From Chthonomonadales bacterium (GTDB taxonomy: Bacteria > Armatimonadota > Chthonomonadetes > Chthonomonadales > CAJBBX01): a stretch of 64,000 bases of DNA. Both the position numbers and the translations under genes were made by a program. How positions within the stretch are numbered: the stretch's first letter is position 1; every line of letters starts with the position of its first letter. Positions 10,079-20,480 of this stretch are shown piece after piece. Where the stretch lies: NCBI GenBank assembly GCA_049967475.1, contig JBMFSQ010000008.1, positions 32,001 to 96,000 on the forward strand, written 5' to 3'. The notes under the pieces are model-generated. The model worked only from the letters and a program-made list of their open reading frames with translations, ran no database searches and was not told where the DNA came from.

Positions 10079-10597
10079 TTAGAACAGACGGGGTAACCGC
10101 CCTACCCCGCAAACGAGGATCGCTTCCAATCCGAAACCGCTGCGCCGGCCCATTTGCCCCTGGAACGCATTAAAGGCCATCTGAAACCACTCTCGCAGCC
10201 CCAATAGGGTCGCCATTCCGAACAGGAAGTGCAGAAACCCGGAGATGAGGCTCCACATGAGGCAGATGCGCCCTACCTCTTGCCGCCTCGGATCGTCACA
10301 CATAAGGAAGGCAAGCGCAATCGGAAGCCCGAAGTAGGGCATCAACAGTCCCAACCATAACGCCGCCCGGTTCGCCGTGGTGCGATTGGAATCCGTTGCG
10401 TGGGAGGACACGGCATACCCCATGGCTCCCGGAAAGTCTGCTGCAGGCGGAACGGTTCCCGCAGGTGGGCGAGGCGGGCTTGCTGCGCGGCGTGCCGAGA
10501 GGGGAGCCCCGCACTTCCAGCAGACGGTGACTGTGTCGAAGTTGTTCGCTCCACACCGCGGGCATACGATCCTGCCCCCGGATCCTGTTGTTGCCAA
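10079..10597 (-). CDS. Zn-ribbon membrane protein (N-terminal CxxC..CxxC, Pro-rich linker, two TM helices)
   Basis: CPRCGANNFDTVTVCWKCG followed by two hydrophobic segments; TTG start after GGAG. Confidence 0.7.
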   Translation of the reverse strand: MATTGSGGRIVCPRCGANNFDTVTVCWKCGAPLSARRAASPPRPPAGTVPPAADFPGAMGYAVSSHATDSNRTTANRAALWLGLLMPYFGLPIALAFLMCDDPRRQEVGRICLMWSLISGFLHFLFGMATLLGLREWFQMAFNAFQGQMGRRSGFGLEAILVCGVGRLPRLF

Positions 10598-10663
10598 GAA
10601 CGTTGCTCTCCTCTGGAGGGTGGAAGGAACTCCCTCAGAATGCGGCCTCTTCCCAATATCCGG

Positions 10664-11149
10664 CTATGGACGGGCGTTGCGCAGGTCGTTGAGAAGCGCC
10701 ATCAGGGTGTCGAGTGCGGTCAACAGTTTGGATCCCAAAACCGAGGGTGAGCCCAGGGGCCGGCCATTGTGCCATGTAGCACGTGCGGCGGCCACGTCTA
10801 CCGGAAGCCGGATGCTGTGCGCGCGGATCCGGCTCCATAGCAGTATATTGAGTGAACTCCGGTCCTGCAGGCGGGGCGCACTTCTCAGCGGCGCCAATCT
10901 GTGACACGCCAAATCCAAGGCCGCAAAATAACGGGATATGCGACGCCGGTAGGAGGTTGCCGGTTCCCCGGGCAGCGGTTCGGCCTTGAGGCCCTTTAGG
11001 GCGATGCGGGCCTCTAGGCAATAGGCTGCAAATTCGTTGATGCGCCATTGAGTGATGGGCTTAGCGGGAGGCAAGGCGAGAGCCGGCGCATTCGCCGCGC
11101 AATCGGCGGCGATCAACAGAAAAACCAGTGCATAAAGTTTGTTAGGCAT
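10664..11149 (-). CDS. Hypothetical secreted protein
   Basis: ORF fills the gap; MPNKLYALVFLLIAA... looks like a signal peptide; no family recognised. Confidence 0.5.
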   Translation of the reverse strand: MPNKLYALVFLLIAADCAANAPALALPPAKPITQWRINEFAAYCLEARIALKGLKAEPLPGEPATSYRRRISRYFAALDLACHRLAPLRSAPRLQDRSSLNILLWSRIRAHSIRLPVDVAAARATWHNGRPLGSPSVLGSKLLTALDTLMALLNDLRNARP

Positions 11150-11194
11150 TTTCAATTGTTGAAAATTGATGGTACGCGTCGAGGGGGATGCGTA

Positions 11195-11224
11195 TTGAAT
11201 TAGCCCGTCTCCAAAGGCTATAAT
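11195..11224 (+). promoter_or_regulatory. sigma70-type promoter for citrate synthase
   Basis: TTGAAT-18 bp-TATAAT. Confidence 0.65.
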
Positions 11225-11286
11225 AAGCCATCGCGACGCCCCACGCGACGCCGCGCTGACCCAAACGAAACCATGGAGGTTGACAC

Positions 11287-12456
11287 GTGTCGGCACAAGA
11301 AGACATCGGCGCGCCCCGCGTTGCCAAAGGGCTCGAAGGGATTGTTGCGGCCGCAACGCACATTGCGGAGGTCAACGGAGAACTCGGCCGCCTCACTCTG
11401 CGGGGGTACGACATTCGCGAACTCTCCGGCAAGGTGTCCTTCGAGGAAGTAGCTTACCTATTATGGCATGGCAAGCTGCCCAATCGGGCAGAGTACCAGG
11501 CGTTGAAGGAAGAAATGAGTGCGGCGCGGGAACTTCATCCCGCCGCCCTAAATGCACTGAAGGAAGTAGCTCCGCATGCCGACGGGATGCATCTCTTGCG
11601 CATAGGCGCATCCATGCTTTCCCTCGGTGATGATGATATAGACAGCCTCTCTATAGAAGCCGCACGGCGGCGGGCCTCGCGACTTACAGCCCAGATGCCC
11701 GCCATCGTAGCACACATGTGGCGGCTGCGCAATGGATTGCCGATCGTCCCTCCCAAGCCGGAACATGGTCTTGCGGAGGGATTTTTATACATGCTGGAAG
11801 GAAAGGAACCGCACCCGGCTCGTGTGGATGGCCTCAATGCGTATCTTGTGGCAGTGAGCGAGCATGGCCTTAACGCTTCTACATTCACCGCTCGGGTCGT
11901 TATATCCACAGATGCCGATATGGTGTCCGCACAAACCGCTGCCATCGGCGCACTGAAGGGGCCCAAGCACGGCGGGGTGCCCGGGCCGGTGCTCAAGATG
12001 CTCAGCGCCATCGGGACTCCGGATCGCGCCGAAGCCTATATCCGCAGCGAGCTGGCTGAGGGTCGCCGGATCATGGGCTTCGGCCATCGCGTCTACAAAG
12101 TGCGTGATCCCAGGGCCGCCATCCTGAGCGAGGCTGCCGAACGGATGGTGGAGGTTACCGGCGATCGGAAGCTTCTGGATCTGACGCGGGCGGTCGAGCA
12201 AACGACTGTGGAGGTCCTCGCCGAAGTGAAGCCGGGCAGAGATCTCTATGCCAATGTCGAACTCTATGCGGCGCTGATCCTGCATGAAGTGGGCATCCCG
12301 TCTGAACTGTTCACTCCTACCTTTGCAGTGGGGCGGACGGCTGGGTGGACGGCCCACATGATCGAACAGATGGAGGATAACCGCTTGATCCGGCCCCAGT
12401 CCGTATATGTGGGGCCTCGGGGGCTCAAGTGGCAACCGATGGACGAACGCCCGTAG
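11287..12456 (+). CDS. Citrate synthase family protein (short type; CitA-like)
   Basis: KGLEGIV, LRGY, EHGLNASTF, GPKHGG, MGFGHRVYK..DPRA, ANVELY and LIRP; GTG start after GGAGG. Confidence 0.92.
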   Translation: MSAQEDIGAPRVAKGLEGIVAAATHIAEVNGELGRLTLRGYDIRELSGKVSFEEVAYLLWHGKLPNRAEYQALKEEMSAARELHPAALNALKEVAPHADGMHLLRIGASMLSLGDDDIDSLSIEAARRRASRLTAQMPAIVAHMWRLRNGLPIVPPKPEHGLAEGFLYMLEGKEPHPARVDGLNAYLVAVSEHGLNASTFTARVVISTDADMVSAQTAAIGALKGPKHGGVPGPVLKMLSAIGTPDRAEAYIRSELAEGRRIMGFGHRVYKVRDPRAAILSEAAERMVEVTGDRKLLDLTRAVEQTTVEVLAEVKPGRDLYANVELYAALILHEVGIPSELFTPTFAVGRTAGWTAHMIEQMEDNRLIRPQSVYVGPRGLKWQPMDERP

Positions 12457-12652
12457 CGGTACCGTCAAGGCATAGGCGCTTCGGATGGGCGGTGAGGCAA
12501 TCCCTCGCCGCCTTTTCCTTTTGCCGCAAGCGAGGCACGGCGCACCGTGGATTGGGGGGGGTTGGCCGTCAGACGGACCGTGGATTGGTTTGGCATGGGC
12601 CCAATCCAATCCGCGGGGTTCCACGGGGCGCCTAGGTGCGGAAATCATGGAG

Positions 12653-13789
12653 CTAGGTGTCCACGACGAGGTTGTCTCGATGGATTACTTCGTCGTGCGT
12701 TTTCTGGCCGATGGCTGCCCGAACCTGATCGGTCCGAAGGCCGCGGATGAGCTGCAAATCGCTGGAGGAGTAATTCACGATGCCGCGTGCCACCCGGCGG
12801 CGAAGCTCATCTACGATCTCTACCAAATCGCCTTCTCTGAAACTACCTTGGACCTCCAAGATGCCCACGGGGAGAAGGCTCGCGTTTTCGGAGCGGATCC
12901 GGTGGGCGGCGCCTTCGTTGACGGTGATGCTTCCCTTGGGGCGGGAACCGGCCACGATCCAGCGCTTGCGGCCGCGCAGCCGTTCGTTAGAGGGCAGGAA
13001 TGTCGTCCCGATCGGTTCACCAGCCAAGACACGGCTGATCACGCGATCCAGCCTGCCGCGAGCGATCACCGTGCGGATGCCTGCTGTTGTAGCGATTTTG
13101 GCTGCTTCTACCTTCGTGCGCATCCCTCCCGTTCCTGCGTCGCTTTCGGCGTCGCCTGCAATCGCCCATAGTTCGGGTGTGATGCGTGAAACGGTAGCAA
13201 GGACCCTGGAACGGCTGTCGTCCGTGTAGAGGCCATCCACATCGGAGAGGATCAATAGGAGGTCCGCCTCCGTGAGCACTGCTACCCGTGCGGCCAGCAC
13301 GTCGTTATCGCCGAAGCGGATTTCATCCACGGCCACAGTGTCGTTCTCGTTGACGATGGGGGTCACACCCAAATCGAAGAGGGCTCGGAATGTGTTGCGC
13401 GCATTCAGGAAGCGGCGCCGGTCGGCCAGATCATCGCGTGTGAGCAGAACTTGGGCCACCGTGATGCCGCGCCATGCGAAGGCTTCGGTGTAGGTATGCA
13501 TCAGAAGCCCCTGGCCTACGGCAGCCGCGGCCTGTTTGTACGCAAGGGCCAAATCGTTCGAGCTGCCGGCCGTGCCTGCATTGTCGGAATGCCCCGAGGA
13601 TGCGAGGCGCTCGCGGCCCGCCCGAATGGCTCCGGAGGTCACCAGAAGCACGTCGCGCCCCTGGCTTCGCTGCGCGGCTAATTGGGCGGCAAGATCCGCG
13701 ATGTACGCTCGGTCCAGGCGGCCGGCCGCATCCGTGAGGGTACTCGTTCCGACCTTCACCACCAGCCGGCGCACGGTTTGAGGGAGCAT
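12653..13789 (-). CDS. proB: Glutamate 5-kinase
   Basis: VVKVGTS, VTSGAI, NENDTV...FGDND, GTGGM and a C-terminal PUA domain; lies downstream of obgE. Confidence 0.97.
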   Translation of the reverse strand: MLPQTVRRLVVKVGTSTLTDAAGRLDRAYIADLAAQLAAQRSQGRDVLLVTSGAIRAGRERLASSGHSDNAGTAGSSNDLALAYKQAAAAVGQGLLMHTYTEAFAWRGITVAQVLLTRDDLADRRRFLNARNTFRALFDLGVTPIVNENDTVAVDEIRFGDNDVLAARVAVLTEADLLLILSDVDGLYTDDSRSRVLATVSRITPELWAIAGDAESDAGTGGMRTKVEAAKIATTAGIRTVIARGRLDRVISRVLAGEPIGTTFLPSNERLRGRKRWIVAGSRPKGSITVNEGAAHRIRSENASLLPVGILEVQGSFREGDLVEIVDELRRRVARGIVNYSSSDLQLIRGLRTDQVRAAIGQKTHDEVIHRDNLVVDT

Positions 13790-13819
13790 GGGTCTTCTAG
13801 GCTCTGTTTCGGGGACGTT

Positions 13820-15139
13820 CTATCGCTGCCTCCGGAAGCCTTCGGCCAGCGCGTCTTCGTCTACATACTCAAATTCCGCATCGGCAATGCGCACCGTGTC
13901 GCCGTGGCAGGCGCCAAGTTCCTTCAGTCGGCGGTTGACGCCGATACGGTCCAGGATATGCTGCAGCCTGCGGACGGCATATTCGTTGTTGAGATCCGTC
14001 CTTGTCACCAAGCGCTCAAGCCCAGCTCCGTTGATAATCCATTGGTTCGGTCCGGCGCTTGCAGCTTCCCAGCGGTGCAGGTCTCGGGATTTCGGGGCGA
14101 CGATGCGAACCACTTCGTTCGTGCCGGATAGCGCGGGAACCTCGGTCTTCTGGAGCCGCTCCCACATCGCATAGACGAGAGTTTGAAGCCCTTCCCGAGT
14201 GGCGGCAGAGATCCTAAATACAGGATACCCCTCATTGCGCAAGGTTGCTTCCACGTGGCTCACAAGATCTGCGTCTGCCGCGATATCCATCTTGTTGAGG
14301 GCTACGATCTGAGGAATATCCGCCAAGCGGCCTCCATACATCGTCAGTTCGCGATTGATCGTACGAAAGTCTTTGAGGGGGTCGCGCCCAGTAAGGCCGG
14401 ATGCATCGAGGACATGGACGAGGAGCCTCGTTCGTTCGGCGTGGCGCAGGAACCCCAGTCCAAGACCGGCTCCCTGATGAGCGCCCTCGATGAGCCCGGG
14501 AAGGTCTGCTACCACAAAGGACTGATGCGGTTGAACGGACACGACGCCGAGGTTGGGCACGAGTGTCGTGAACGGATAGTCCGCGATCTTGGGGCGTGCG
14601 GCGCTGATGGCGGCGATGAGCGTGGACTTACCTACGTTCGGCAATCCGAGAAGTCCTACATCGGCCAAGAGCTTGAGCTCGAGCCGAAGGGTACGCGCCT
14701 CGCCCGGTTCGCCTTTTTCTGCGAAGCGAGGTGCCTGACGCACTGCATTGGCGAAGTGGATATTGCCGCGGCCGCCGGCTCCGCCCTTGGCTACGAGCAG
14801 CCGCTCACCCGGATGGGAAAGATCGCCCAGCAGTTCACCGGTGGCAGCGTCGTAGACCACCGTCCCCGCAGGGACCTTCAGGACTAAGTCCTGGGCGTCC
14901 TTGCCGTACCGATCCTTGCTGAGGCCCATGCCGCCGTCTTCTGCGCGATAGCGGCGTTGGTAATGGTAGTCCATGAGGGTGGTGAGCGATGGATCCGCTT
15001 TTAGGATGATGCTGCCGCCCCGGCCGCCGTCACCGCCGCTGGGGCCTCCCCTCGGCACATACTTCTCCCTGCGGAAGGTGGCGGCGCCATCGCCCCCTCT
15101 GCCGGCCCGCACTTCGATCTCTGCCTGATCTATGAACAT
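13820..15139 (-). CDS. obgE: GTPase ObgE/CgtA with C-terminal OCT (DUF1967) domain
   Basis: MFID start, [35 protein letters not shown] and NKMD. Confidence 0.98.
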   Translation of the reverse strand: MFIDQAEIEVRAGRGGDGAATFRREKYVPRGGPSGGDGGRGGSIILKADPSLTTLMDYHYQRRYRAEDGGMGLSKDRYGKDAQDLVLKVPAGTVVYDAATGELLGDLSHPGERLLVAKGGAGGRGNIHFANAVRQAPRFAEKGEPGEARTLRLELKLLADVGLLGLPNVGKSTLIAAISAARPKIADYPFTTLVPNLGVVSVQPHQSFVVADLPGLIEGAHQGAGLGLGFLRHAERTRLLVHVLDASGLTGRDPLKDFRTINRELTMYGGRLADIPQIVALNKMDIAADADLVSHVEATLRNEGYPVFRISAATREGLQTLVYAMWERLQKTEVPALSGTNEVVRIVAPKSRDLHRWEAASAGPNQWIINGAGLERLVTRTDLNNEYAVRRLQHILDRIGVNRRLKELGACHGDTVRIADAEFEYVDEDALAEGFRRQR

Positions 15140-15292
15140 TCTGGACCCTGTGGGCTCCTCGCCGGCACACATGTTGTGCCACAGGCTGCGCCGGCGCTGA
15201 GGTCTACTACTCTTTGGGCCGACGTGCTACAATAAGCACGATGGAAAGCCGGCCGCGCTTTTCAATACGCAGAAGGGAATGCTCCTGTTACG

Positions 15293-16060
15293 ATGGTATC
15301 GTCGTCACCTGTGTTGCAGCAGTTGATCGCCCTTTCGCAGTTTCTCGGCGATCCCAGCCGGGACTTAGCGATCCTCGGAGAAGGAAACACATCCGCCCGC
15401 ATGGATGAGGATACCTTCCTTGTTAAGGCAAGTGGCACCGAACTGAGAACGGCCGGGGAGGGAACATTCGTGGCAGTGTCCCTCACGCGAGCTCTCAGCG
15501 TGCTCGATGGGGGCGATCTCACCGACGAACAGGTACGGGCGGCCCTCACGTCGTGCAAGTGCGACCCCACGGATGTGCGGATGCCGTCTGTAGAAACGTT
15601 TCTGCATGCCTATCTCTTGTCGCTGCCGGGTATCCGTTTCGTGGGCCATACGCATCCCACTGCCGTCAATGCGATCCTATGCTCGTCCCGGGCGAAGGAG
15701 GCGGTAAGCGGCCGCCTCTTCCCCGATGAAATCGTCTGTTGTGGGCCTTCGGTTTGTTTCGTGGAATACGTTGATCCTGGCATTCCGCTTGCACGGAAGT
15801 TGCGGGCCGAAGTTGAGCGTTTCATTGACGCCGAAAACATGCCTCCAAAGGTGATCCTCATGCAGAACCATGGGCTCATCGCCACAGGTGCTACGGCCAG
15901 GGATGTGGAGGTGGCGACCGCGATGTACGTTAAGGCAGCACGCGTGTTGCTGGGGACCTACGCGTTGGGCGGGCCTCATTTTCTCTCTGCCGAGAACGTA
16001 GCCCGCATCCATACCCGGCCGGACGAGCACTACCGGCAAAAACAGTTGGGTACCCGTTAG
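15293..16060 (+). CDS. Class II aldolase/adducin family protein (rhamnulose-1-P aldolase-like)
   Basis: GEGNTS, VKASG, PSVET.LH, HTHP and QNHG metal-binding motifs. Confidence 0.85.
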   Translation: MVSSSPVLQQLIALSQFLGDPSRDLAILGEGNTSARMDEDTFLVKASGTELRTAGEGTFVAVSLTRALSVLDGGDLTDEQVRAALTSCKCDPTDVRMPSVETFLHAYLLSLPGIRFVGHTHPTAVNAILCSSRAKEAVSGRLFPDEIVCCGPSVCFVEYVDPGIPLARKLRAEVERFIDAENMPPKVILMQNHGLIATGATARDVEVATAMYVKAARVLLGTYALGGPHFLSAENVARIHTRPDEHYRQKQLGTR

Positions 16061-16139
16061 GAGTGCTCCGGCGCGCTTGGAAGGTATTGGATGAAATTCT
16101 ACCGGGAGGGGCGACGGCCGCCAACGGATCTCTTGCGGC

Positions 16140-16169
16140 TTGACGGATTGTCTGGAGCACGGTTATACT
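16140..16169 (+). promoter_or_regulatory. sigma70-type promoter for tRNA-Pro (possibly also mnmG)
   Basis: TTGACG-18 bp-TATACT ending 13 bp before the tRNA. Confidence 0.65.
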
Positions 16170-16182
16170 GATACCACGTGTT

Positions 16183-16256
16183 CGGGGTGTGGCTCAGCTT
16201 GGTAGAGCGCACGGTTCGGGTCCGTGAGGTCGGGAGTTCAAATCTCCCCACCCCGA
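16183..16256 (+). tRNA. tRNA-Pro(CGG)
   Basis: CGGGGTG/CACCCCG acceptor stem, anticodon arm CACGG-TTCGGGT-CCGTG, T-loop GTTCAAATC; CCA not encoded. Confidence 0.97.
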
Positions 16257-16383
16257 TCGCCTCGTGCGGTGCATCACGCCGCCCGTGCCGTGGGCAGCGC
16301 CGCCCCGGTTTTGCCCTCGTTTCTTCTGACACCGTCGGGACCATTCCGTTGCGGACCTCCTCGTTAACCGCGTGCGTGCGATC

Positions 16384-18315
16384 ATGAACAATCATCCTGA
16401 CTTCGATGTAATCGTGATCGGCGGAGGCCATGCCGGCTGTGAAGCGGCTCTGGCGTCCGCGCGCCTCGGCTGCCGCACCGCCCTCATCACTCTTAAGCTG
16501 GACCGCATCGCCCACATGCCGTGCAACTGTTCCATCGGGGGGCCGGCGAAGGGGCACTTGGTCCGTGAGATTGATGCCCTTGGCGGCCAGATGGCCCTCG
16601 CTACAGATGAGGCGCTGACCCATCTTCGCACCGTGGGTACCGGGAAAGGTCCGGCGGTCCGCACGCTCCGCGCCCACGCCGACAAGTCGCTCTACCCCAA
16701 GGTTATGCGGCGCGTGCTGGAACAGCAGCCCAATCTGTGGTTGTTGGAGGACCGGGTGGAGGATCTCCTCTGGGATGTTTGCGACACGCTTCTGGACGGG
16801 CCCACCATCAGGGTTGTGAGAACGCTTCGAAGAATGACGGGTGTCGTAACCGCCGGCGGCGGGTTTCTTCGCGCACAATGTGTAGTCGTAACCACCGGCA
16901 CGTTTTTGAACGGCCTGATGCATTGCGGCGATCGAAAGACTGTGGGCGGGCGATACGGAGAAGGCGCCGCCACCGGGCTCTCGGCGGCTCTTTCCCGGAT
17001 GGGGCTCCGGTTGGGCCGCTTCAAGACGGGCACAACGCCGCGCATAGCCAAGGAGAGCATCGCCTTCGACAAGGTAGAGGTTATTCCTTCCGATGAATGC
17101 GGTCCGTTCTCGTACTGCACGGACAACCTGGCACCGGCTCATCCTCTGCTGCCGTGCTGGGCGACGCGCACGACCGAGGAAACGCATGCGGTGATCCGCG
17201 CCAACCTGCACCGGTCCGCTCTCTATGGCGGGCACATCCAGGGAGTGGGCCCACGGTACTGCCCGAGCATCGAGGACAAGGTGGTCCGCTTTGCGCACAA
17301 GGCATCCCATCCCGTGTTTCTGGAGCAGGAAGGGTGGGACACGAACTCCATCTACGTGCAGGGGATGTCCACGAGCCTTCCGGAGGATGTACAGCTCTTC
17401 TACCTCCGCACGATACCCGGCCTCGAGCGTGCCGTGATGCTGCGGCCAGGTTACGCAGTGGAATACGACATGGTCTTTCCGGACCAACTGGAGCCTACGC
17501 TGGAAGTGAAGACGGTTCGCGGCCTCTTCCTAGCCGGCCAGATCAACGGCACTTCCGGGTATGAAGAGGCAGCGGCTCAGGGGTTGATCGCCGGCATCAA
17601 TGCGGCCCTGAGTGTTCAGGGGCGAGAGGCGGTTGTGCTGTCTCGACACAAGAGCTATATCGGCGTCCTCATAGATGACCTCGTGACGAAGGGGGTCGAG
17701 GATCCCTATCGGATGCTGACGTCGCGCGCGGAGTACCGCTTGCTTCTTCGTCATGGCAATGCGGATCTGCGGCTTACCCCTTTGGGCAGGGAGATCGGCC
17801 TTGTGCAGGACGCGCGATGGCATCGGTTCCTGCGGCGCAAGGCGGCCATTGATGGTGAGCTGGAGCGCCTATCCAACCTCTTCGTAACACCCAGGCACAA
17901 CGAGAGGCTGATCGAGCTTGGGACTGCGCCCGTCGGCACCAAAGTGAGCCTGCGGGAGATCCTGAAGCGGCCCGATATTGACTATGCGTGGGTGGCGCGT
18001 AACTTTCCGCCCGATAAACCTCTGTCTGCTGAGGATGGGCAGGAGGTAGAGATACACGCGAAGTTTGAAGGATATATTGCCAGGCAGGAGATGCAGGTCG
18101 CGGAGGCCTCCCGGCTCGAGGAAATCCCCATACCCGTGGACCTGGATTGGCAAGGGATTAAGGCGCTTTCCATGGAGGGAAGGGAGAAGCTTTCACGCAT
18201 CAAGCCAACATCCATTGGACAGGCGTCACGCATCCCTGGAGTAACCCCGGCGGACGTACAGGTGCTTGCTGTGATCGTAGAGCAGCGGCGGCGCATGGCT
18301 GCCCAGCCCGTCTGA
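16384..18315 (+). CDS. mnmG: tRNA uridine 5-carboxymethylaminomethyl modification enzyme MnmG (GidA)
   Basis: [49 protein letters not shown] and [12 protein letters not shown]. Confidence 0.98.
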   Translation: MNNHPDFDVIVIGGGHAGCEAALASARLGCRTALITLKLDRIAHMPCNCSIGGPAKGHLVREIDALGGQMALATDEALTHLRTVGTGKGPAVRTLRAHADKSLYPKVMRRVLEQQPNLWLLEDRVEDLLWDVCDTLLDGPTIRVVRTLRRMTGVVTAGGGFLRAQCVVVTTGTFLNGLMHCGDRKTVGGRYGEGAATGLSAALSRMGLRLGRFKTGTTPRIAKESIAFDKVEVIPSDECGPFSYCTDNLAPAHPLLPCWATRTTEETHAVIRANLHRSALYGGHIQGVGPRYCPSIEDKVVRFAHKASHPVFLEQEGWDTNSIYVQGMSTSLPEDVQLFYLRTIPGLERAVMLRPGYAVEYDMVFPDQLEPTLEVKTVRGLFLAGQINGTSGYEEAAAQGLIAGINAALSVQGREAVVLSRHKSYIGVLIDDLVTKGVEDPYRMLTSRAEYRLLLRHGNADLRLTPLGREIGLVQDARWHRFLRRKAAIDGELERLSNLFVTPRHNERLIELGTAPVGTKVSLREILKRPDIDYAWVARNFPPDKPLSAEDGQEVEIHAKFEGYIARQEMQVAEASRLEEIPIPVDLDWQGIKALSMEGREKLSRIKPTSIGQASRIPGVTPADVQVLAVIVEQRRRMAAQPV

Positions 18316-18546
18316 GAAGCTTGCGGCCTCCTGCCGGGAAGTCCCCCGTATTGCAAGCGGGACGGCGGCCTGTGCGCCCGCATTGCAGTCGTTCCGGGCC
18401 TCTTCGCAGGCTGGGCGTTGCGCGTCGGCAAAGTGCTGCAGGCGGTTGCGATGCGTCTTTTGGATGCTGGTAGAATGCTTTTGGATCGCTGCAACTCGTT
18501 GTAGCAGGCGGGAGTGCGGCGCCGCAAGCGCTGGGAGTGGGATCCG

Positions 18547-19176
18547 ATGTCCAATCGAGCGAAGGCGATAATTCGGGTGGCGGGTGCACTAACAGCGTTT
18601 GGCTCCATATGGGTGGTGCTGGAGCTGACACGCGGTTCTGCGGCGCATTATGTCCTGCGTCGTGGCGGGCCGGATTGGGAAATCGTGGTGACGCCCGGCC
18701 GGCCCATGATGATGTTGTATGGTTTTCTGGTCCTCATTACGTTGATCCCGCCTGCCTGTTGTGCAGTGTTGCTGCGCTCGGCATCGGGCGCTGCCGCAAG
18801 GACGGTTTATCTGTTGCTTCTTATATCGGGCATAGCCCTTGCATCCTGCGCTGCCGGCTACGGGTATGAAGCGCTTCGATCTGAGATACGCTTGAACGGG
18901 CGCGGCGTGGCATATCGCCGTGGAGAAGATGCGGCTTCCATGCCGTGGGATGAAGTAGGGGGCATGGTTCTGCACTGGAAGCGACGCGGGCAGGTGCTCG
19001 TGTTGCAGGGGGATCGCCTTGCAATCCACATTGATCTGGCTGCTTTTTCATCCCCGGATCAGGTGCTTGTAATCCGAAGTGTTCAGGAAATGGCCCACCT
19101 AGTTCCCGTCCGCCGGACATCTGGGGATGCATGGGTTTGGCGCAAAGCACTGCCGGCGACTGTGCCGACCCAATGA
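18547..19176 (+). CDS. Hypothetical membrane protein with C-terminal bacterial PH-like domain
   Basis: Three hydrophobic segments, then IRLNGRGVAYR...MPWDEV, a bPH-like pattern. Confidence 0.55.
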   Translation: MSNRAKAIIRVAGALTAFGSIWVVLELTRGSAAHYVLRRGGPDWEIVVTPGRPMMMLYGFLVLITLIPPACCAVLLRSASGAAARTVYLLLLISGIALASCAAGYGYEALRSEIRLNGRGVAYRRGEDAASMPWDEVGGMVLHWKRRGQVLVLQGDRLAIHIDLAAFSSPDQVLVIRSVQEMAHLVPVRRTSGDAWVWRKALPATVPTQ

Positions 19177-19220
19177 AATGTGCGGGGGTGACCTTGGGCT
19201 GCGGCGCATTCTGAACGGCA

Positions 19221-19254
19221 AGAGAAGGGGCCCCGGGATTAAACCAGGGGCCCC
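19221..19254 (-). terminator. Intrinsic terminator between convergent genes
   Basis: GGGGCCCC..GGGGCCCC stem followed by TTCTCT on the minus strand. Confidence 0.6.
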
Positions 19255-19390
19255 AATTGGGGTACGTCGCTATCTGCGGCGTAGATGGACTAAGACGCCT
19301 GTTTTTCCGGTGCTTCGTTGCTGGACTGCGGCATTCTCCAACCGTCCTTTCCTAAGTTTCGGGCAGCAGAGAACGCACCGCAGTCACGCA

Positions 19391-19951
19391 TTAGAAGCGG
19401 TATCCGATGGAAGTTCGGAAGCCTTCCGGAACAAAGAGGGCGTCGTGCCCATCAATCCACTCGTAGCGGTTCTCCCAGTACAGGTTCTTGCCGAAGTTCA
19501 GCCCCAAGATGAGGCCTGCTCCGAAGCGGGTCACCATAGGCTGCTTGGGTGCGGTTCCCGAGGTGCCGAAGGTGGCGACCACGGCGCTGAAGCCGGCGTA
19601 CGGTGCAATCCCGTTGCGCTCCTCGAAGGTGTACACCTGGTTGATGGCGGCAGGGAAGTACCGGTAGATGCCGGGGATCCTCTCGGAGTAGTAGAAGTCG
19701 GCCGAGATGCTCGTGGACCAGGCTTCCCCATTGAGGAGGCGCGGGAACCACGGGATCTTGTAGTCGATGCCGCCACCCCATGCGGCGACGTCGGTGACGT
19801 CGCGCAGGTCGCTATGCACCGGGAAGAACCCTCCTACACGGAGGCTTAGACCACCCAAAAGATCGGCCTTGGCCACCGTTGGGAGCGCGAGCGCCACGCC
19901 TGCTACCAACGCCAGCGCGGCACGCTTCAAGAGGCTTGCCTTAACGCTCAT
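19391..19951 (-). CDS. Small outer-membrane beta-barrel protein
   Basis: Signal peptide (...TVAKA), alternating amphipathic strands, PYAG motif and a C-terminal BAM-type signature IGYRF; AAGGAG SD. Confidence 0.75.
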   Translation of the reverse strand: MSVKASLLKRAALALVAGVALALPTVAKADLLGGLSLRVGGFFPVHSDLRDVTDVAAWGGGIDYKIPWFPRLLNGEAWSTSISADFYYSERIPGIYRYFPAAINQVYTFEERNGIAPYAGFSAVVATFGTSGTAPKQPMVTRFGAGLILGLNFGKNLYWENRYEWIDGHDALFVPEGFRTSIGYRF

Positions 19952-20125
19952 CCTAGTTGCTCCTTTCATACGCTCTCGTAGTACGCAGTCCTAGCTTCTC
20001 AGACGCGTCCTTCCGACGACAAGAGCTTGGGCTTCATGCGCCTGGTGCAGTGCCGAACAGGGACGGCGATGCACCGGTGCGTTGACGCCCTTCTGCAACC
20101 GGCTAGAGGAGCGAACCGGCTGTCA

Positions 20126-20154
20126 ATTATACCATTTCGAGCTCGCCGCGGTAA
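20126..20154 (-). promoter_or_regulatory. sigma70-type promoter for the beta-barrel gene
   Basis: Minus strand TTACCG-17 bp-TATAAT with TG extension. Confidence 0.55.
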
Positions 20155-20293
20155 ATTCCTTCTTGACGCCGCACGATACCGCAGGGATTTGCGGCTCCGG
20201 CGCGGAAGTCTCACGGCGAGCTTCACCCCAACCATCTTTTACAACGCAGCCGGGCACAATTAAGTTCCCTCTGCCTTCAGCCAAAACATCCAC

Positions 20294-20323
20294 TTGACGC
20301 ACTAGGCCAAAGCATGGTATAAA
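20294..20323 (+). promoter_or_regulatory. sigma70-type promoter for riboswitch-metK
   Basis: TTGACG-18 bp-TATAAA with TG extension. Confidence 0.65.
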
Positions 20324-20344
20324 GACAATCAATTGAATAAGGGC

Positions 20345-20450
20345 CTTATCGAGAGTGGCTGAGGGACCGGCCCGATGACGCCACAACAACCACCCCGACC
20401 GCCGACGGGGCAGGTGCTAAATCCGGGCAGTGTTACCACTGCAAGATAAG
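20345..20450 (+). ncRNA. SAM-I (S-box) riboswitch aptamer
   Basis: CTTATC-GAGAG-TGGCTGAGGGA-CCGGCCCGATGA...CAACAACC...GGTGCTAAATCC...GATAAG matches the SAM-I consensus; it lies upstream of metK. Confidence 0.95.
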
Positions 20451-20480
20451 AGTGCGCAGGCGGCCGAAGCGCCGATACAA

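Noticed and set aside
9879..10112. N-terminal extensions in the ORF track (tig, obgE, metK, nuoN, rpoC, amidase)
   Set aside because: Downstream starts match the family N-termini and in most cases have clear SD sequences. The tig extension runs through its own predicted promoter.
16257..16383. Possible integration site at the tRNA-Pro or tRNA-Lys 3' end
   Set aside because: No integrase, no duplicated tRNA 3' fragment and no evident compositional shift.
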